This document shows positions 43,395 through 57,426 of a stretch of DNA of 64,000 nucleotides, in pieces. Numbering within the stretch: position 1 is the stretch's first letter; each line of letters begins with the position of its first letter. A model generated the notes under the pieces. That model was not told the origin of the DNA. It saw only the letters and a list, made by a program, of their open reading frames with translations, and ran no database searches. The stretch lies in assembly GCA_964016885.1 (NCBI GenBank), contig OZ024740.1:332382001-332446000 (forward strand), written 5' to 3'. The translations under genes were made by a program, and so were the position numbers. The stretch is from Eledone cirrhosa (lineage: Eukaryota).

Positions 43395-43664
43395 ATGTCT
43401 GTCCCAAGCCATTTGACCGGTGCTTATCCCGGGTTCATGGCGTGAAGCGACTGAGAGTTGAAAGTACAATGCTCCCCTCTGGATAAGACGCCAGTCCATC
43501 GCAGGGTTAAACCCCCAGCTATTGTTGGTGCTCATTTTTAACTGAGTATATTGGAGCAACGCGAAATGAGGTGTTTAGCTCAAGAACAGAGCACTCAACC
43601 CAGTAATCGAACCCACAACATTATGATCGGACGTCCAACACTCTTACCACTAGGTCACGTGCCT
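43395..43664 (-). mobile_element. tRNA-derived SINE with a V-domain-like segment
   Basis: Minus strand: GTGACCTAGTGGTAAG (A box), GGTTCGATT (B box), CTGCGATGGACTGGCGTC..ATCCAG. Confidence 0.7.
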
Positions 43665-44674
43665 ACAAATATATCTGTGTATGTATGTGTGTCTGTGTGT
43701 GTACGAGTATGCTTATGTGTGTGTGGGGGGGTGCGTGTGTGTGCGTGAGTTTATTTTATGTATGTATGTATTGTGCCTGCACACCGATATTTTAAAAAAA
43801 TATACTGATCCATATAAAACCTAATGAAAACAACATCCACATATGCATAATAATAAACGAGTAGTAACATTTTCATTCTCTTCATCTATACATCGATGGC
43901 TATCGGTAATAGATATTAAGGTTGTATTCTTTTTTTATTTATTTATTATCAATGTCTTATTTACAAAAGATATATAGCTTGATATTTTTTTTAATAGACA
44001 ATACCTGTAGGTCATTTGTAAATAATAAAATAAATTGTTTATATATTTTTGGGAAATATATTGCCAACACAGATATCAAAAGAAATCTCCATATTCGCCT
44101 AAAGCGTTGTTTTATTCCAAAAACAAAATGATCTTTAGAACCGAATACTATTACTCTTTTATTTGGTTTTTCGAATAGACGAATTGGAGACATATTCTTA
44201 AAGATATTTAGAATAGATTGCATTTTCGGATGCCGATATGTCTATATTCAAATAATTATTTGTAAAGGATATGAAAATAACCAAAGAGCTTGATTCAATG
44301 TTTTCAGCTAGAAGATACTATATTACAACACTGTGCCTTGATACCCACATTGAATGAATTGTACTTACAAAGGGTATTCAAATTGATATATAAATAAGCA
44401 TACATTTCATGATACTTTATCAATACATTTATTTTCAGACGCATTTAATTACACATAAAATATGTTCATGTCAAATGCAACGCCTATTCAGCCATTTCAA
44501 CTTACGAAGGTGAGTTTAGATAGATGTTGGATGGTTTTACTTGTTTTTGTTATTGTTACAATATTATCGTTAAACTTACATAAATGCAGTAGGTATCAGT
44601 TTGTTTGTTGGCTTGAAAATAATATACAATTGAAGCATACTCGATTTAATAAAACATTTTGCTATTATTGGGGA

Positions 44675-45150
44675 TAAGAAGCAAATTTGATTTCGGTGCG
44701 ATTTGAATTCAGAGAGCAGAGAATCGCACCAAATACCATCAAACGTTTTGCAAATTCGATTCTTAACGATAAGCATAGTGATAATAATTGTTTCTACTTT
44801 TGGCACAAGGCCAGCAATTAACCCAGGCATTACTGGTACTTTATATTATCGACCCCGTAAGGATGAAAGGCAAAGTTGACCGCGTTGGGCCTTTCATACT
44901 TACGGGGTTGATAAAATAAAGTACAAGTAATGCCTGGGATGATAATAATATATTGATAATAATTGTTTCTACTTTAGGCCCAAGGCCAGCAATTACCCAG
45001 TGCATTACTGGTACTTTATTTTATCGACCCCGTAAGGATGAAAGGCAAAGTCAACCTCGGTGGGATTTGAACTCAGATCGTAAAGGGATGTAACTATGCT
45101 AGAAAGCATGGCGTCCGACCCTCTACCGATACTGCCAATCCACCGTCCAT
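44675..45150 (-). mobile_element. Cluster of 7878-family SINE copies (full copy at about 44960-45150)
   Basis: Reverse complement of 7878-8070, plus partial and inverted fragments at 44786-44940. Confidence 0.85.
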
Positions 45151-45265
45151 AATATAGTGATAATAATATACATAATATAGTGATAATAATAATACAGAAT
45201 TAGATTGGAGTATAAAGGCTACAACAAGACAATTCTCCATCTCCTTTATAATCCAGAGTTGTATG

Positions 45266-48250
45266 CTCAATGGGATGCCGTCCGCCCACATTATACGCCA
45301 TAGGGCTTCCCGATCTACCGAGTCGAAGGCAGCTGCAAAGTCGATGAAGCAGAGGACGGTAGGCTGTTGATGTGCCCACCGTTATTCCAGGACACGCCAG
45401 AGATTGACGATTTGATCAACGCACCCCCTCCTCGGACGGAAGTCGCCCTGAGAAGGACGAGTACGGACATCACGGGTGGCCTGGAACCTCTTCAGCAGAA
45501 ACATTGCGAAGTGGCCCAAGTCGAGGGTGTACCCAATCTTCGAGATCTCCGACGTCGCACATCACGGATACAGGGTACTGCTTCGGCAGGCTCGCTTCAC
45601 CAGTTGGTAGAGATTGCGCGAGTCACCACAGGCTGCTGCTCTCTCCGTCTGCTCTACAAATTCACGCAAGTGTGCATTCCGATCGGCCCGAATAGCCCGA
45701 GATGTGCGACGTCGGAGATCTCGAAGATTGGGTGCACTCTCGAGTCGGGCCACTTCCGCTCTCTCCGCGAGTTCAAGAGTGCCGCCGGAAATCCAGTCCC
45801 GATGGCGTGTTTGGGTCGACCCGAGATGCTCCCTGGCCACCTAAACCTTCGCCGTCCTGAGCCCGTTCCACTCCTCCTCCGGTGCTGTTCCACTTCGTTT
45901 ACTCAGCATTTGGAATCGGTTTCGCATGTCTAGCCGGAAAGCATTTCCAGCATCGAGCTTGAGTCGTGACATGTCGATCCTTTCTGGCGGTTGGGAGGAG
46001 GTTTCGCCCGCAGCCGTAGACGAAGGGTTGCTCGAACAAGAGTATGGTCTGACCCATGCTCACTGCCCGTATCAGCCCCTCGATACGCACGCGAGTCCAT
46101 CACTGAGATGGCCCACCGGGATCTGACCAGGATGTAGTCAATCTGATTGGCCGTTCTTCCGTCATTGGATCGCTACGTGACGAGGTGACGCCGAGGATGC
46201 TGGAACCGGGTGTTGGTGACGATAAGACGATTGGCATCCGCGAAGGATACAAGCCGTTCACCATCGTTACAGCGTACGCCTTGGGCGAAGCGTCCTAGAA
46301 TATGCCGTGTTGTATCATCAGCCGGCCCTGTCCGCGCATTCCAGTCCCCAGCGGCAATGAGAACATCACTGGAGGGGACGCCATCCACGGTTGTTTGGAA
46401 ATCGGCATAGAACTGCGTCTTGTCCGCCTCGTCCGCATTGAGTGTGGGAGCGTAGACGGCAATTACGCTGATGTGGGAGATTTGAGCCTTCAATCGAACC
46501 AGCGCGAGTCGGTGTGAGATCGGCTGCCGTGCCAGCAGAGCCGCTTGCGCGTCGGGGCTGAGCGCTACAGCGACCCCGTGAAGGCCACTGTTGTCAGTCA
46601 CGTCACTATGGTACAAGTGGTAGGAGATATCCTCGCCAGGAAATTTGATCGGAAGATGACCAACATCGGGAAGTCGAACTTCTGAAAGGCAAGCGACACT
46701 AACGCAGTACCTGTGCAGAGCCCTCATTGTAAGTGCCTGGACACCGTCGTCACGAAGTGTTCGGATGTTCCAGCACGCTACCCTCTATTCCTTCCTTCAT
46801 CTGAAAATCGGGACTACTGCGGGAGTAGTCTGTAGAGCCATAGCGGTAGGAGCGTTGCTGATTTGCCATGCGTTCGTAGAGGGAAGGTAATTCGTATTCA
46901 TAGTTCGTATTTGTGGGATTCATGGAAGAAGTGTCATGGGAGTAGTGAATTCACAAGCGGTCCCCAAAACACCGCATGTATATCCCGAACGAGGGGAGGG
47001 GAAAAACGTCCTGCTTGCCGCAGATTCTCCACAGATGCAGGGACAGAAATGACCCTAAACCGCCGGTTACAGGAACAGACACCTGTTGGATCTTTCACCA
47101 GAGCCCCTTTTGACGGGTTGCGGCCCTAATACCGCTGAGTGCCAGACTACTCCGCCTTGGGTAGCCCTACCAGGAACCGAAGTTCCCGACGGCATAGCTC
47201 TGACACTAACCGTTGCCACCGCCCTGCGACGTTGAGGAGGGGTTGGACTTTAGGGATCGACAGGGGTGTGCGCTATCGCCAACTCTCTTTAACTACGCCA
47301 TTGACTACACTCTCAACACAGCGCTCCGGGATTACCCGGGCGTAGATGTCGGGAGGGGGGTCGTGGTGACGGACCTGGCCTACACGGATGACATCGTGCT
47401 GGTAGGCACTAACGGGACAGATGTACAAGGTGCTCTCGAAAAGGTGCACACTGCAGTCGCCGCTGTTTACGAATCAGGTCGAAAGTCATGACGTCACTGG
47501 TCTCGCCTGATGCCTGGCAGCCAATATCTGTCGAGGGCGTGGACCTGGAGGATGTGGAACCTTCTTTTACCCGGGCTCAACAGTGTTTCCAACGGGACAG
47601 GGCGCAGCCGCGGTCAAACGTCGCATAGGGGCTGCCAGATCCGCTTATGGGCGCCCCCAGCGGTGTCTGTGGGACAGAAGAGAGATCACCTCGGCACCCA
47701 AAAGGCGAATCTACCAGGCCGTCGTTCGCACTATCCTCCTCTATAGCTGTGAAACATGGCCTATGAGTGTAGTCGATCAACGAGGGCTGGAGGTCTTCGA
47801 CAACGATTGTCTCCGCCGCATTCTTCGCTGCCGCCGCGTTGATTGGGTACCTACCGCCAGTCTTCGTCTTCGCCTGAATCTTCGACCCCTTCCTTCAGTG
47901 CTTCTGTAATGCTGCTTTAGACTTGAGATGGTTTGGTCACACAGCCAGGCGCCCTGAGGGTGAGCTCTATCCGCGATGTTCTCCTCCCACCTCCACTCCC
48001 TAACTGGCGCAAGCGCGTTGGCGGGCAGCTGAAGACCTGCGCAACGACGATCAAAGAGGACCTCTCCGAACTCTCAGGTAGGCAGGTGGTCGGCCTGCGC
48101 CGATGGAACCGTGACTGGCTCGCTATCTCCAGTGACCTAGCCCGGGACCGTTGTGCATGGGCTGCCATAGTTCGGGATGTCGTCATGACAACGGAAGAAG
48201 CCGGCTCAACCCGTCCAGGGTGAATGTCGACACAAGTACAATTAAGTAAG
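45266..48250. mobile_element. RTE-clade LINE with 5' inversion
   Basis: Minus: 5' UTR, APE (ACWNIRTL, ACLSEVR, AVYAPT, GDWNARTG) and RT2-3 (FRPRRGCVDQI, FIDFAAAFDSVDR). Plus from about 47250: RQGCALSP, LAYTDD, C-terminus and CAAGTA-type tail. Confidence 0.9.
46130..46785 (-). pseudogene. APE endonuclease domain of the RTE LINE
   Basis: ORF 46173-46727 with canonical APE motifs; a premature stop precedes NQIDYIL. Confidence 0.88.
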
Positions 48251-49360
48251 CTCTATGCGAGAGTCACTTCGGAACACTGCTACAGACAAAAATAAATAGG
48301 CATGCAAACTCTGAATTAAGGAGAATAAGTGAAAAATGTCAAAACAAAGCTAGATAAATAGACTGAGATATGAGGTTTAGATCAAACACAGACATATAAA
48401 TCCTTAAGAAACAACGAGCTAAAGAGTATTCAACACACACAGATGAAAAAAGATTTAAAAGGCATACTACAGACGAATTCGATTACTACTTAAAACATGG
48501 ATAAATGTAAATAATAAGATAATTAGTATCAATAATGTAACGATCCCAGTAATAAGGATCATATTTAATATTCTAAAAAAATTGGCAGGGATAGACTGAA
48601 AAACAAGAAATATATCTACCACGAACATGGAGGTACGGCTTTATGCTACTAGAACACTTTTATTATATAACAACTGTAGGACTACAAAAATACTTAATGG
48701 AGAATAATCTAAAGTTAATATAAATTGTTACGAAAGAGGAGGAAAAGAAAAGTTTGTTCTCTGTCTTCTAGGAAGGCAAACATTTTAAACAGAAGCCAGA
48801 TCTAGCGCTAACTGTGTGGAAGATCAAAGTAAAGAAGAAACAACAACATAAATTGTGACAAACATGTAATATACATTGAAAAAAGATTGCCATGCTAATT
48901 CGATGACCATTAGCCGTAAAAACTTAATGAAATGGAAGTAGACAAGCAGTACCCTCAAAACTCCGTGCGAAGCACTGGACTGAAAACCGAAACGGGAGAA
49001 TTTCTAATTGCAACACAAGATCAAACCATCCCCATTAGAAACCACCAGAAGTAACATAACGAAGCAAAAAAGATTAACTACAAAATATGTGGAGGTGAAG
49101 AATAAACAATTAACCACTATCACTGTCACTATCACTTTGCAGTCTTAATCAAAATAGAGTTTATTCATAGACATCATAAGGTCGGGATTGATATACACTG
49201 GAAGTTATGCCAACACTACGATATACAAACAGAAATAAAGCGATATTACTGATTCACATAAGAAACCGTATCTAAGAGTGTGAAAGCAACCATACTCTGC
49301 GATATGCCAATACTCACAGACAGGGACTTCAAAGACCATCGACTTGATATTATAGATGAC
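48250..49360 (+). pseudogene. Old Dong/R4-like LINE remnant
   Basis: KLYA, YLPR..GG, GLKTETGEFLIATQDQT, HRHHKVG..IHWKLC, ILCDMPILTDR..RLDI. Confidence 0.7.
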
Positions 49361-49386
49361 AAAAAAAAAGTCTCTTTAAATTAATG

Positions 49387-49468
<82 letters not shown>

Positions 49469-49574
49469 TATAGATATAGATATAGATATATGCGTGCGCG
49501 TGTGTATGTGTGCGTGCGTGTGTGAGTGTATATATATATATATGTATGCATGCATGTATATATATATGTATATA

Positions 49575-49628
<54 letters not shown>

Positions 49629-49635
<7 letters not shown>

Positions 49636-50659
49636 ATTTACATATACATAAAGTCATAGATATATATGTGCCAACCGGTCACGTTGTGGCTCAATGAAGA
49701 ATTAATAAATTAAATAATCAGAGCAATATATCATAAATCATGTCCTTAGAATTATTAGATAAAATATATACCATTTCCTCTCCCAATTACCATAATTAAC
49801 CATATACAAAATCAATTAGACCAGGCTATAAAAATATAGGCTCCTATGAAGAAATTTTCGACAAATAACCAATAGAGTATTTATCCAACATTTCAGCAGC
49901 ATATAGAAACTGACTAAATATACCGTCAACCATACACAATTAGGTGTAAATTCAAACTTAGAAGAAATGTGCACATACCGTAATTATATCTCTACCATGG
50001 TTTCGTCTGTATTTTTAGATGTCCTATTATTAGGATGTATCCAGAGTAACAGACTCATCAGGAGAAATCTCAAGATTGGCCAGTTAATTTTCCAAAGTGA
50101 TCGCGCCAAAAATAGATTCAAAAATGGCTAAGAATCGTGACGTAGCAGTGGTCAAGTTAGAAAGAATGTGATTAGTTGCTTACGGCGGATAGGCTTGTTG
50201 CTAGAAAGCGCAGCCCAACATCGCCCAATTGTATCTCAACCTAACGGGAGATTATTAAATATAAAGATTTACATATACATAAAGTCATAGATATATATGT
50301 GGCAACCGGTCACGTTGTGGTTCAATGAAGAATTAATAAATTAAATAATCAGAGCAATATATCATAAATCATGTCCTTAGAATTATTAGATAAAATATAT
50401 ACCATTTCCTCTCCCAATTAGCATAATTAACCATATAAAAAATCAATTAGACCAGGCTATAAGAATAAAGGCTCCTATGAAGAAATTTTCTACATGCTGT
50501 TGAAATGTTGGATTCATTGGGGTCACCGCGAAGAGGCCGCTTTCGGTTATTTGTCGAACATTTCTCCATAGGAGTCTTTATTCTAATTGATTTTTTATAT
50601 GGTTAATTATGCTAATTGGGAGAGAAAATTTTATCTAATAATTCTAAGGACATGATTTA

Positions 50660-50663
<4 letters not shown>
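49629..50663 (-). mobile_element. pLTR array: direct repeat plus inverted arm
   Basis: 49629-49860 repeats at 50259-50490; 50545-50663 is inverted; (TA)n flanks. Confidence 0.85.
49989..50065 (-). ncRNA. Canonical minimal type I hammerhead
   Basis: UCUC-CUGAUGA-GUCUGU..ACAGAC-GAAAC-CAUG-GUA-GAGA. Confidence 0.88.
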
Positions 50664-50738
<75 letters not shown>

Positions 50739-51073
50739 GGGGTGCGAGAGCGTGTGTTTCTGTTTGAATCAGTGTTTGGTTGCAGATATGGATGCAGCGA
50801 TAACAAATTCCTTGTGGTTTTAAGTTTCATATCGGTTAATTTCTGTTACTATCAGTTGATTTTGCTTTCCTTTCTTGAAGTGTGAGAGACAATTCTAGGT
50901 TCAACATAATTTATTAAACCTCTACATGGTGTTGTCCCTGTCATTACTACTGTCCATGGGCAGAAAATGTTGAAAAAACATATAATTAAATAGTATATAT
51001 CTCTAGTAATGCAATGGATTCAATCACTGTGTGTTGTACAAATATATTATAGTTACCTTATTTGAAAACATAG

Positions 51074-51262
51074 CAGTGGATTGGCAGTATCGGTAGAGGG
51101 TCGGACGCCATGCTTTCCAGCATAGTTACGTCCCTTTACGATCTGAGTTCAAATCCCGCCGAGGTTGACTTTGCCTTTCATCCTTACGAGGTCGATAAAA
51201 TAAAGTACCAGTAATGCACTAGGTAATTGCTGGCCTTATGCCTAAAGTAGAAACAATTATTA
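51074..51262 (+). mobile_element. tRNA-derived SINE (7878 family)
   Basis: Near-identical to 7880-8065; flanked by a direct repeat TTATTTGAAAACATAGCA (probable target-site duplication). Confidence 0.9.
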
Positions 51263-52826
51263 TTTGAAAACATAGCATTTTACGTCACTGTGGTGTTCTA
51301 TAAAACTATATTAAACTTTACCATCACTGTAGCTAGGTGTTACATAAAATTCACTAGCTGTTTCACCTTCTCTATTTTTTTTTTTTCAATTACGTCTACT
51401 TTCTTTCGTTTCAATAGTGTTCTCTCTTTACTAAAGCTCTGGTATTCTTTATATATTCATACATATTTGTCCATCGAATAATTTGATGGCTATATCTTTG
51501 CCATCAATTATGTAGCATTAATCTTCAAGCCATTGAACCTACCTTAACAGTTAGAATAAGCACATTCTCAAATTGCAGAGTGTCATTCATTTAAAGCCGC
51601 ATTCGATACATTTATTGATATCCCAAGGAAACGCGTGATTAAAGAAAGATTATTTGCAGCTCTACAGCGAAGAAACGATGTTAAACGTTGGCATTTAACT
51701 TCAAGTTTGTAATTTGTAAATTTAATTAATCCTCTTTAATGAATTACTTCCCTTTCATTAGCATTACCAGGATTTATCTTGAATGTCATCCGGTATCATT
51801 TATCATTAAATCATTTTTCTTTACGTTCCTTTACCATGAATTTACCTGGCGACAACTAAGTTACTCTGTGTTAACGGCAAATCTAATTTAATAGCAAATG
51901 CATCCATTTAGCCTCGTAATATATATCTTGATCCCTTTTATTGTTCCTCTTTGGTAATTGTAATTTTCCACCCTATTTACTGCTTTGCATACAATCCATT
52001 TTTCACCCATTATTACGTTCTATGAATTATTTTATTTAAAATCATCACTCTCATCATCAATTTATGCTGGCTTCCATACTTAATTTCATGGTGATTTTAG
52101 CGAACCAATAGGGAGGTAAAAACTCAACTTTCAGCATATTAAGTGTTTATATCATATAGGGCTGGCCTTGTGCCTACATAAGAAATCATTATATAGGAAG
52201 GGAAAATCGAGTATCCTTCTAAACAGTAACAGCCGAAAACAAATCATGTTTATATATATAAATATACATATACATAGTAGATTCTACATGTTATTACTAA
52301 CAGAATCGGAGCACAGGAAGCATATATTTGAGTTACTAATTTATTAAACTATATTTTTTTAAACTGGCAAAATTCATAACCGAAATTATGCAGTATCAAT
52401 GGAAAAGGAAAAATAACGACAAAAAAAAAAAGAAGCGCAACAAATATCCCCTTATGTACACATGCATAGATATGGACACTCACCATCATAATCACATGGC
52501 TTCATCATGCCAATTGATATTATAAACAAACATATCTACTCCCGAAGAAGGACTAACATCTGAAGGAGTGATACGTTGAAATTACACCATTTTTCACTTT
52601 CAAGCGTGAAACTAATAAGACTATTTTTATTGTATGTCAATGATTATCCTTTCTATAACAACACTTACCACGTTTACGCAGCACTCCTTCTAATTCGAAA
52701 CTAGGACTGTGCCCATATACCATTCTGAACAACTATGGATAAATAGCGGTCTGCCCACGGATCTAGAATTACTGATTATTTTCCCGACTGCTCATCACTG
52801 CACCAATCATATATATATATATATAT

Positions 52827-52937
<111 letters not shown>

Positions 52938-53066
52938 TGTGTGTGTATGTGTGTATACGTGCGCGTGTATGGGTGTGTGTATGTGTGTATGTGCGCGTGT
53001 GTGCATGTGTGTATTCCGGGTTCAATCGGGGGTAACCACAGTAAGTATAAATATTTATCATAGAAA

Positions 53067-53164
53067 TGGCTTCTACAGGATAGAACTGTTTCGTTCGAAG
53101 GAAATCACCAGGGCTTTTCTGATGATTTCCTTCGAATGAAAGAGTTCTAGTCATGTAGAAGCCA
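53067..53164. repeat. Mini fold-back of two hammerhead cores
   Basis: Arms 53067-53111 and 53119-53164; CUGAUGA-UUUCCUUCGAAU-GAAAG-AGUU-CUA on plus, a decayed twin on minus. Confidence 0.65.
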
Positions 53165-53170
53165 CGTATG

Positions 53171-53202
<32 letters not shown>

Positions 53203-53212
53203 ACTCTCTCTC

Positions 53213-53248
<36 letters not shown>

Positions 53249-53882
53249 AATATATATATATATATAATGGAAATGCATATTCACATATATAATAATTGAT
53301 ACACAAATACATGCAAATATAGACAGACAAAGAGGCACATACACACACACAAAGACACAAATATATATATATATATAAATATGTATGAATACCTCTTCAT
53401 TTAGACATATTTCATTGAAAGCCTGACGGTGTAGTAGGTTTATGCTTTCATCAATATATGTATTTTTTTTAGCCTATTTTCGTATGCGTTAGTGGCAGTT
53501 TGTTTGGAACAGTAAAGTTCCTAAACATATCATCGATATCTTTCTTTAGCTGCAGAACTTCCGTTTGAACGTGCTTTATATCCTGAGTTGCTCCGTTTAT
53601 TTGTCGTTCGATCAATTTCTTCCGGAATTCTGACGTACGTTTTCCGCATTACTTTTTTTTTTTCTATTTTACAATACAATTTTATATTTCTGTGTATGTG
53701 GAACTGTGTTGCATTTGGAATGTACTGAATAAACGACTGTGTTCAAATTTTACGCTAATTCGTTGAGGAGTATTAAGGTTCCCAACTAAATGGTGAGAAG
53801 TGCAGAAAAGTCCTGAAATATATCATTTTAAAAGTCTTTCCACTTTATTATAAATATATATTTATATATATATATTTGAACG

Positions 53883-53913
<31 letters not shown>

Positions 53914-54013
53914 ACACACACATATATATATATATGTATATATATTTGCAGTCACGCAATGATGGAAACTCATGCATTTGTATATATATATATATATATA
54001 TAACTAAGCACAC

Positions 54014-54142
<129 letters not shown>

Positions 54143-54785
54143 TACAGTGGTAGGGGTAGAGAAGGGGGTGATAAGTGCGTCAGTTTCTGCACATATACTT
54201 AGTATCTCTCAGCGTCTGCATTATTCAGTGAACAGATGCTACAACTGCGAAGCTGATATCACAGCACACCAGTGACCCACTGTACATTATGAAAGTATAA
54301 ATGACAGCTTTGCTAATGGTTTCTTTCATATGTTTTTCCTAGAAACGGTTTGAAAATGTTTTCAATGCAAACATCAACGCCAGAATGAGGCGCATACGTT
54401 ATTGACTGTGCTGTACATTTGGTAAAGATAACCTATATCTATGTAATATCGATCTTCCATGTCCTACATTCTATTCTCCATGGGTATGGTTTGTAAAGCA
54501 CATTTTTCAAAAATTTTATTTGACGTACGCTTTATACTTTGCTTAACTTCCTAACGATGCGACTGCAGATGAAGTGGCATTCGTCTCATTTCATGTTGCG
54601 GGAACTGATTAAATAACGAAGATTTACTGTAAATATTACATTAAAACGATTTATGATTTTACTCACACACACACACACAAATACATCACACACACACACA
54701 TACACCACACGACACACACAGTCACACAGTCACACACACAAACACAAAGACACACAGTCACACACACACACACATATATATATAA

Positions 54786-55271
<486 letters not shown>

Positions 55272-55861
55272 GGTGTTAGTTCTAACATAGCTGTGTACAT
55301 GAAGTATGTGTTTTTGTATATCTAGCGATATACGGTATGTTTCTGAATAAACACTTTGAAAGCCTTCAGCTATGAATTTCGAAATTGATGGCGTATCACT
55401 ATCTAGTGGATTTCAGAATAATCTAAGGGTGGGTAAGTCACGACAATGATGTCATCGTTTCTGACTCCGGTCGTTATCTAGCCAGTACCCCTTAGCCCAC
55501 TCACTGCTGTAAATCAATATAGGCGAAACCATATAGATTAGACACCTATATACATGGACTGATTAGCTTAAATTGCATATAGAGTTATCGGCTGGGATCA
55601 GCATGATCGATTTGCCCCTTTCCCCAAATTGCTGCCAATTTTTGCCAGTTTTAGAAACAATTATATTTTGATTAAAGTTATATATTGATTTATAGTCTAT
55701 TCTATTGGACTGACTGATTGAAACAATAGGTCATTTAATTAGGGCTTTTTATATTCTGTTTTCAAATCCCGTTAAGTGCAAATTTTCCATTCATTATTCT
55801 AGTCACTTACTAGGTCGGTATATCCGGCTTTCCCCCGTCTCAGAAATTGTCGTTCTTTAGT

Positions 55862-56062
55862 ATAGTTATGTAATAAACAACATAAGATAATTATTTCATT
55901 TACCAGTTGTTTCTTGAAGGCAGATGTGTCTGTCTTCAGTCGTCGACTGAAGACAGACACAACATCTGCCTTCAAGAAACCACTGGTAAATGAAATAATT
56001 ATCTTATGTTGTTTATTACATAACTATTAAGCTCTGTAGCCTACATAGAGCACTCTTTTTTC
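55862..56062 (+). mobile_element. Near-perfect short fold-back with tail hairpin
   Basis: Arms 55862-55941 and 55944-56027 with almost no spacer; GAAAC-CACUG-GUA hammerhead half; tail GCTC-TGTAG-C-CTACA-TA-GAGC-ACTC. Confidence 0.8.
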
Positions 56063-56695
56063 CTGTACAAACACATATATCCCCATGAGTGGGGATATAT
56101 GTGTTTGTGAGTGAATATTGATGAAAGTATCTTTTAAAGTTGGCACTTTCAGTCTACACAGTATGGTAAGATACATCAAATCTGTATATGGCGACTTGAG
56201 TGTGTACATATTGTATATACTTGATACTTTTTCTTAGTATTGTGTGAATACGTGAGCAGGGATGTACTTGTATTTGTGAAGTAATATGCGTATAGCTGAC
56301 AATTCATGTATTCATGTATGTGTCTATGTATACATATATTTATACACATATTTGTACATATGTACAAGTAGGTATATGGTTGTGTAGTTTTGAGTGTGTA
56401 TCAGTAGTTATGTAGGTGTCACTATGAATCACTATATGTTATTTTTTAATAACTTCACATCCATTTGCTAAAAATGAATATCTTAGAAACAAAAATAAAA
56501 CAAATAAAGAAAAGGCTGTACGTTTAGTCTAGGTCATACTCATTGTAGCTACATAGTGGCCATATATATTGTAAGGTAAGAGTCATTCCTGTATTCGTTT
56601 TCAGCACCAATCATCGAAACTCAGTGGCAACGGTGTAATGTCACCAATAAAATGAAAATATTTCTTTGCTTAGGAACTGAGCAACTTCCTCGAGC

Positions 56696-56725
<30 letters not shown>

Positions 56726-56726
<1 letters not shown>

Positions 56727-56928
56727 TGAAGTTTCCGTTGAAAATTGAAAAAGTCATAGGAGTGAAGAGTGCTCTATGTAAGTACCAGAGCAAAATTTAA
56801 TGTATAATAAACAATACAATATAATTACCTCATTACCAGAGGTTTCCCGAATAAGACGAATACGAAAAACGTCCTCATTCGTTCGTTGGACTTGTGAGAT
56901 AATTATATTGTATTGTTTATTATACATT
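56726..56928 (-). mobile_element. Short fold-back related to 55862 and 57890
   Basis: Arms about 56799-56828 and 56898-56927; decayed hammerhead; tail hairpin 56767-56791. Confidence 0.7.
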
Positions 56929-56954
56929 ATATATATATATATATATATATATAA

Positions 56955-57390
56955 TTCATTCCAAATATTAACAAAGTATATATTTTTGTGATCAATTATA
57001 TGTTATACATATTTCAGAGGTACTGAATTAAGTTCAACAGTACGTCCTCATCAGATAGAATAAAATGATACATGACATACCATTCTCAATATTAGGGTAT
57101 ACATATTGAGTTTTGTCATAAGTTAATCACTACCTTGATTAAATCTTAACCATCTACCATGTCAGGGTATGTCATGTATCATTTTATTTTATCTGATGAG
57201 GACGTACTGTTGAACTTAATTCAGTACCACTGACATATGTGTAATAAAATATAATTGATCACAAGAATATCTATTTTGTTAATATTTGGAATTAATATTA
57301 ATAACTCTGGAAAATATTTAATGTAGAGTGCTTCCAATCTATTGTGAAACTCATTCTTTGATGTATTCATTAAATCTTGTTTAACTCTTA
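56955..57390 (+). mobile_element. Fold-back pLTR with two hammerheads (57001-57060 minus; 57187-57248 plus)
   Basis: Arms 56955-57082 and 57166-57295; CUGAUGA-GGACGUACUG..CAGUAC..GAAAU-AUGU-AUA; tail 57296-57390. Confidence 0.8.
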
Positions 57391-57426
57391 AATATATATA
57401 TATATATATATACATACACACATATA

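Noticed and set aside
53600-53805. Possible LTR end plus primer-binding site (AATAAA..TGGTGAGAAGTG); similar look at 39780-40120
   Set aside because: No partner LTR, target-site duplication or gag/pol sequence.
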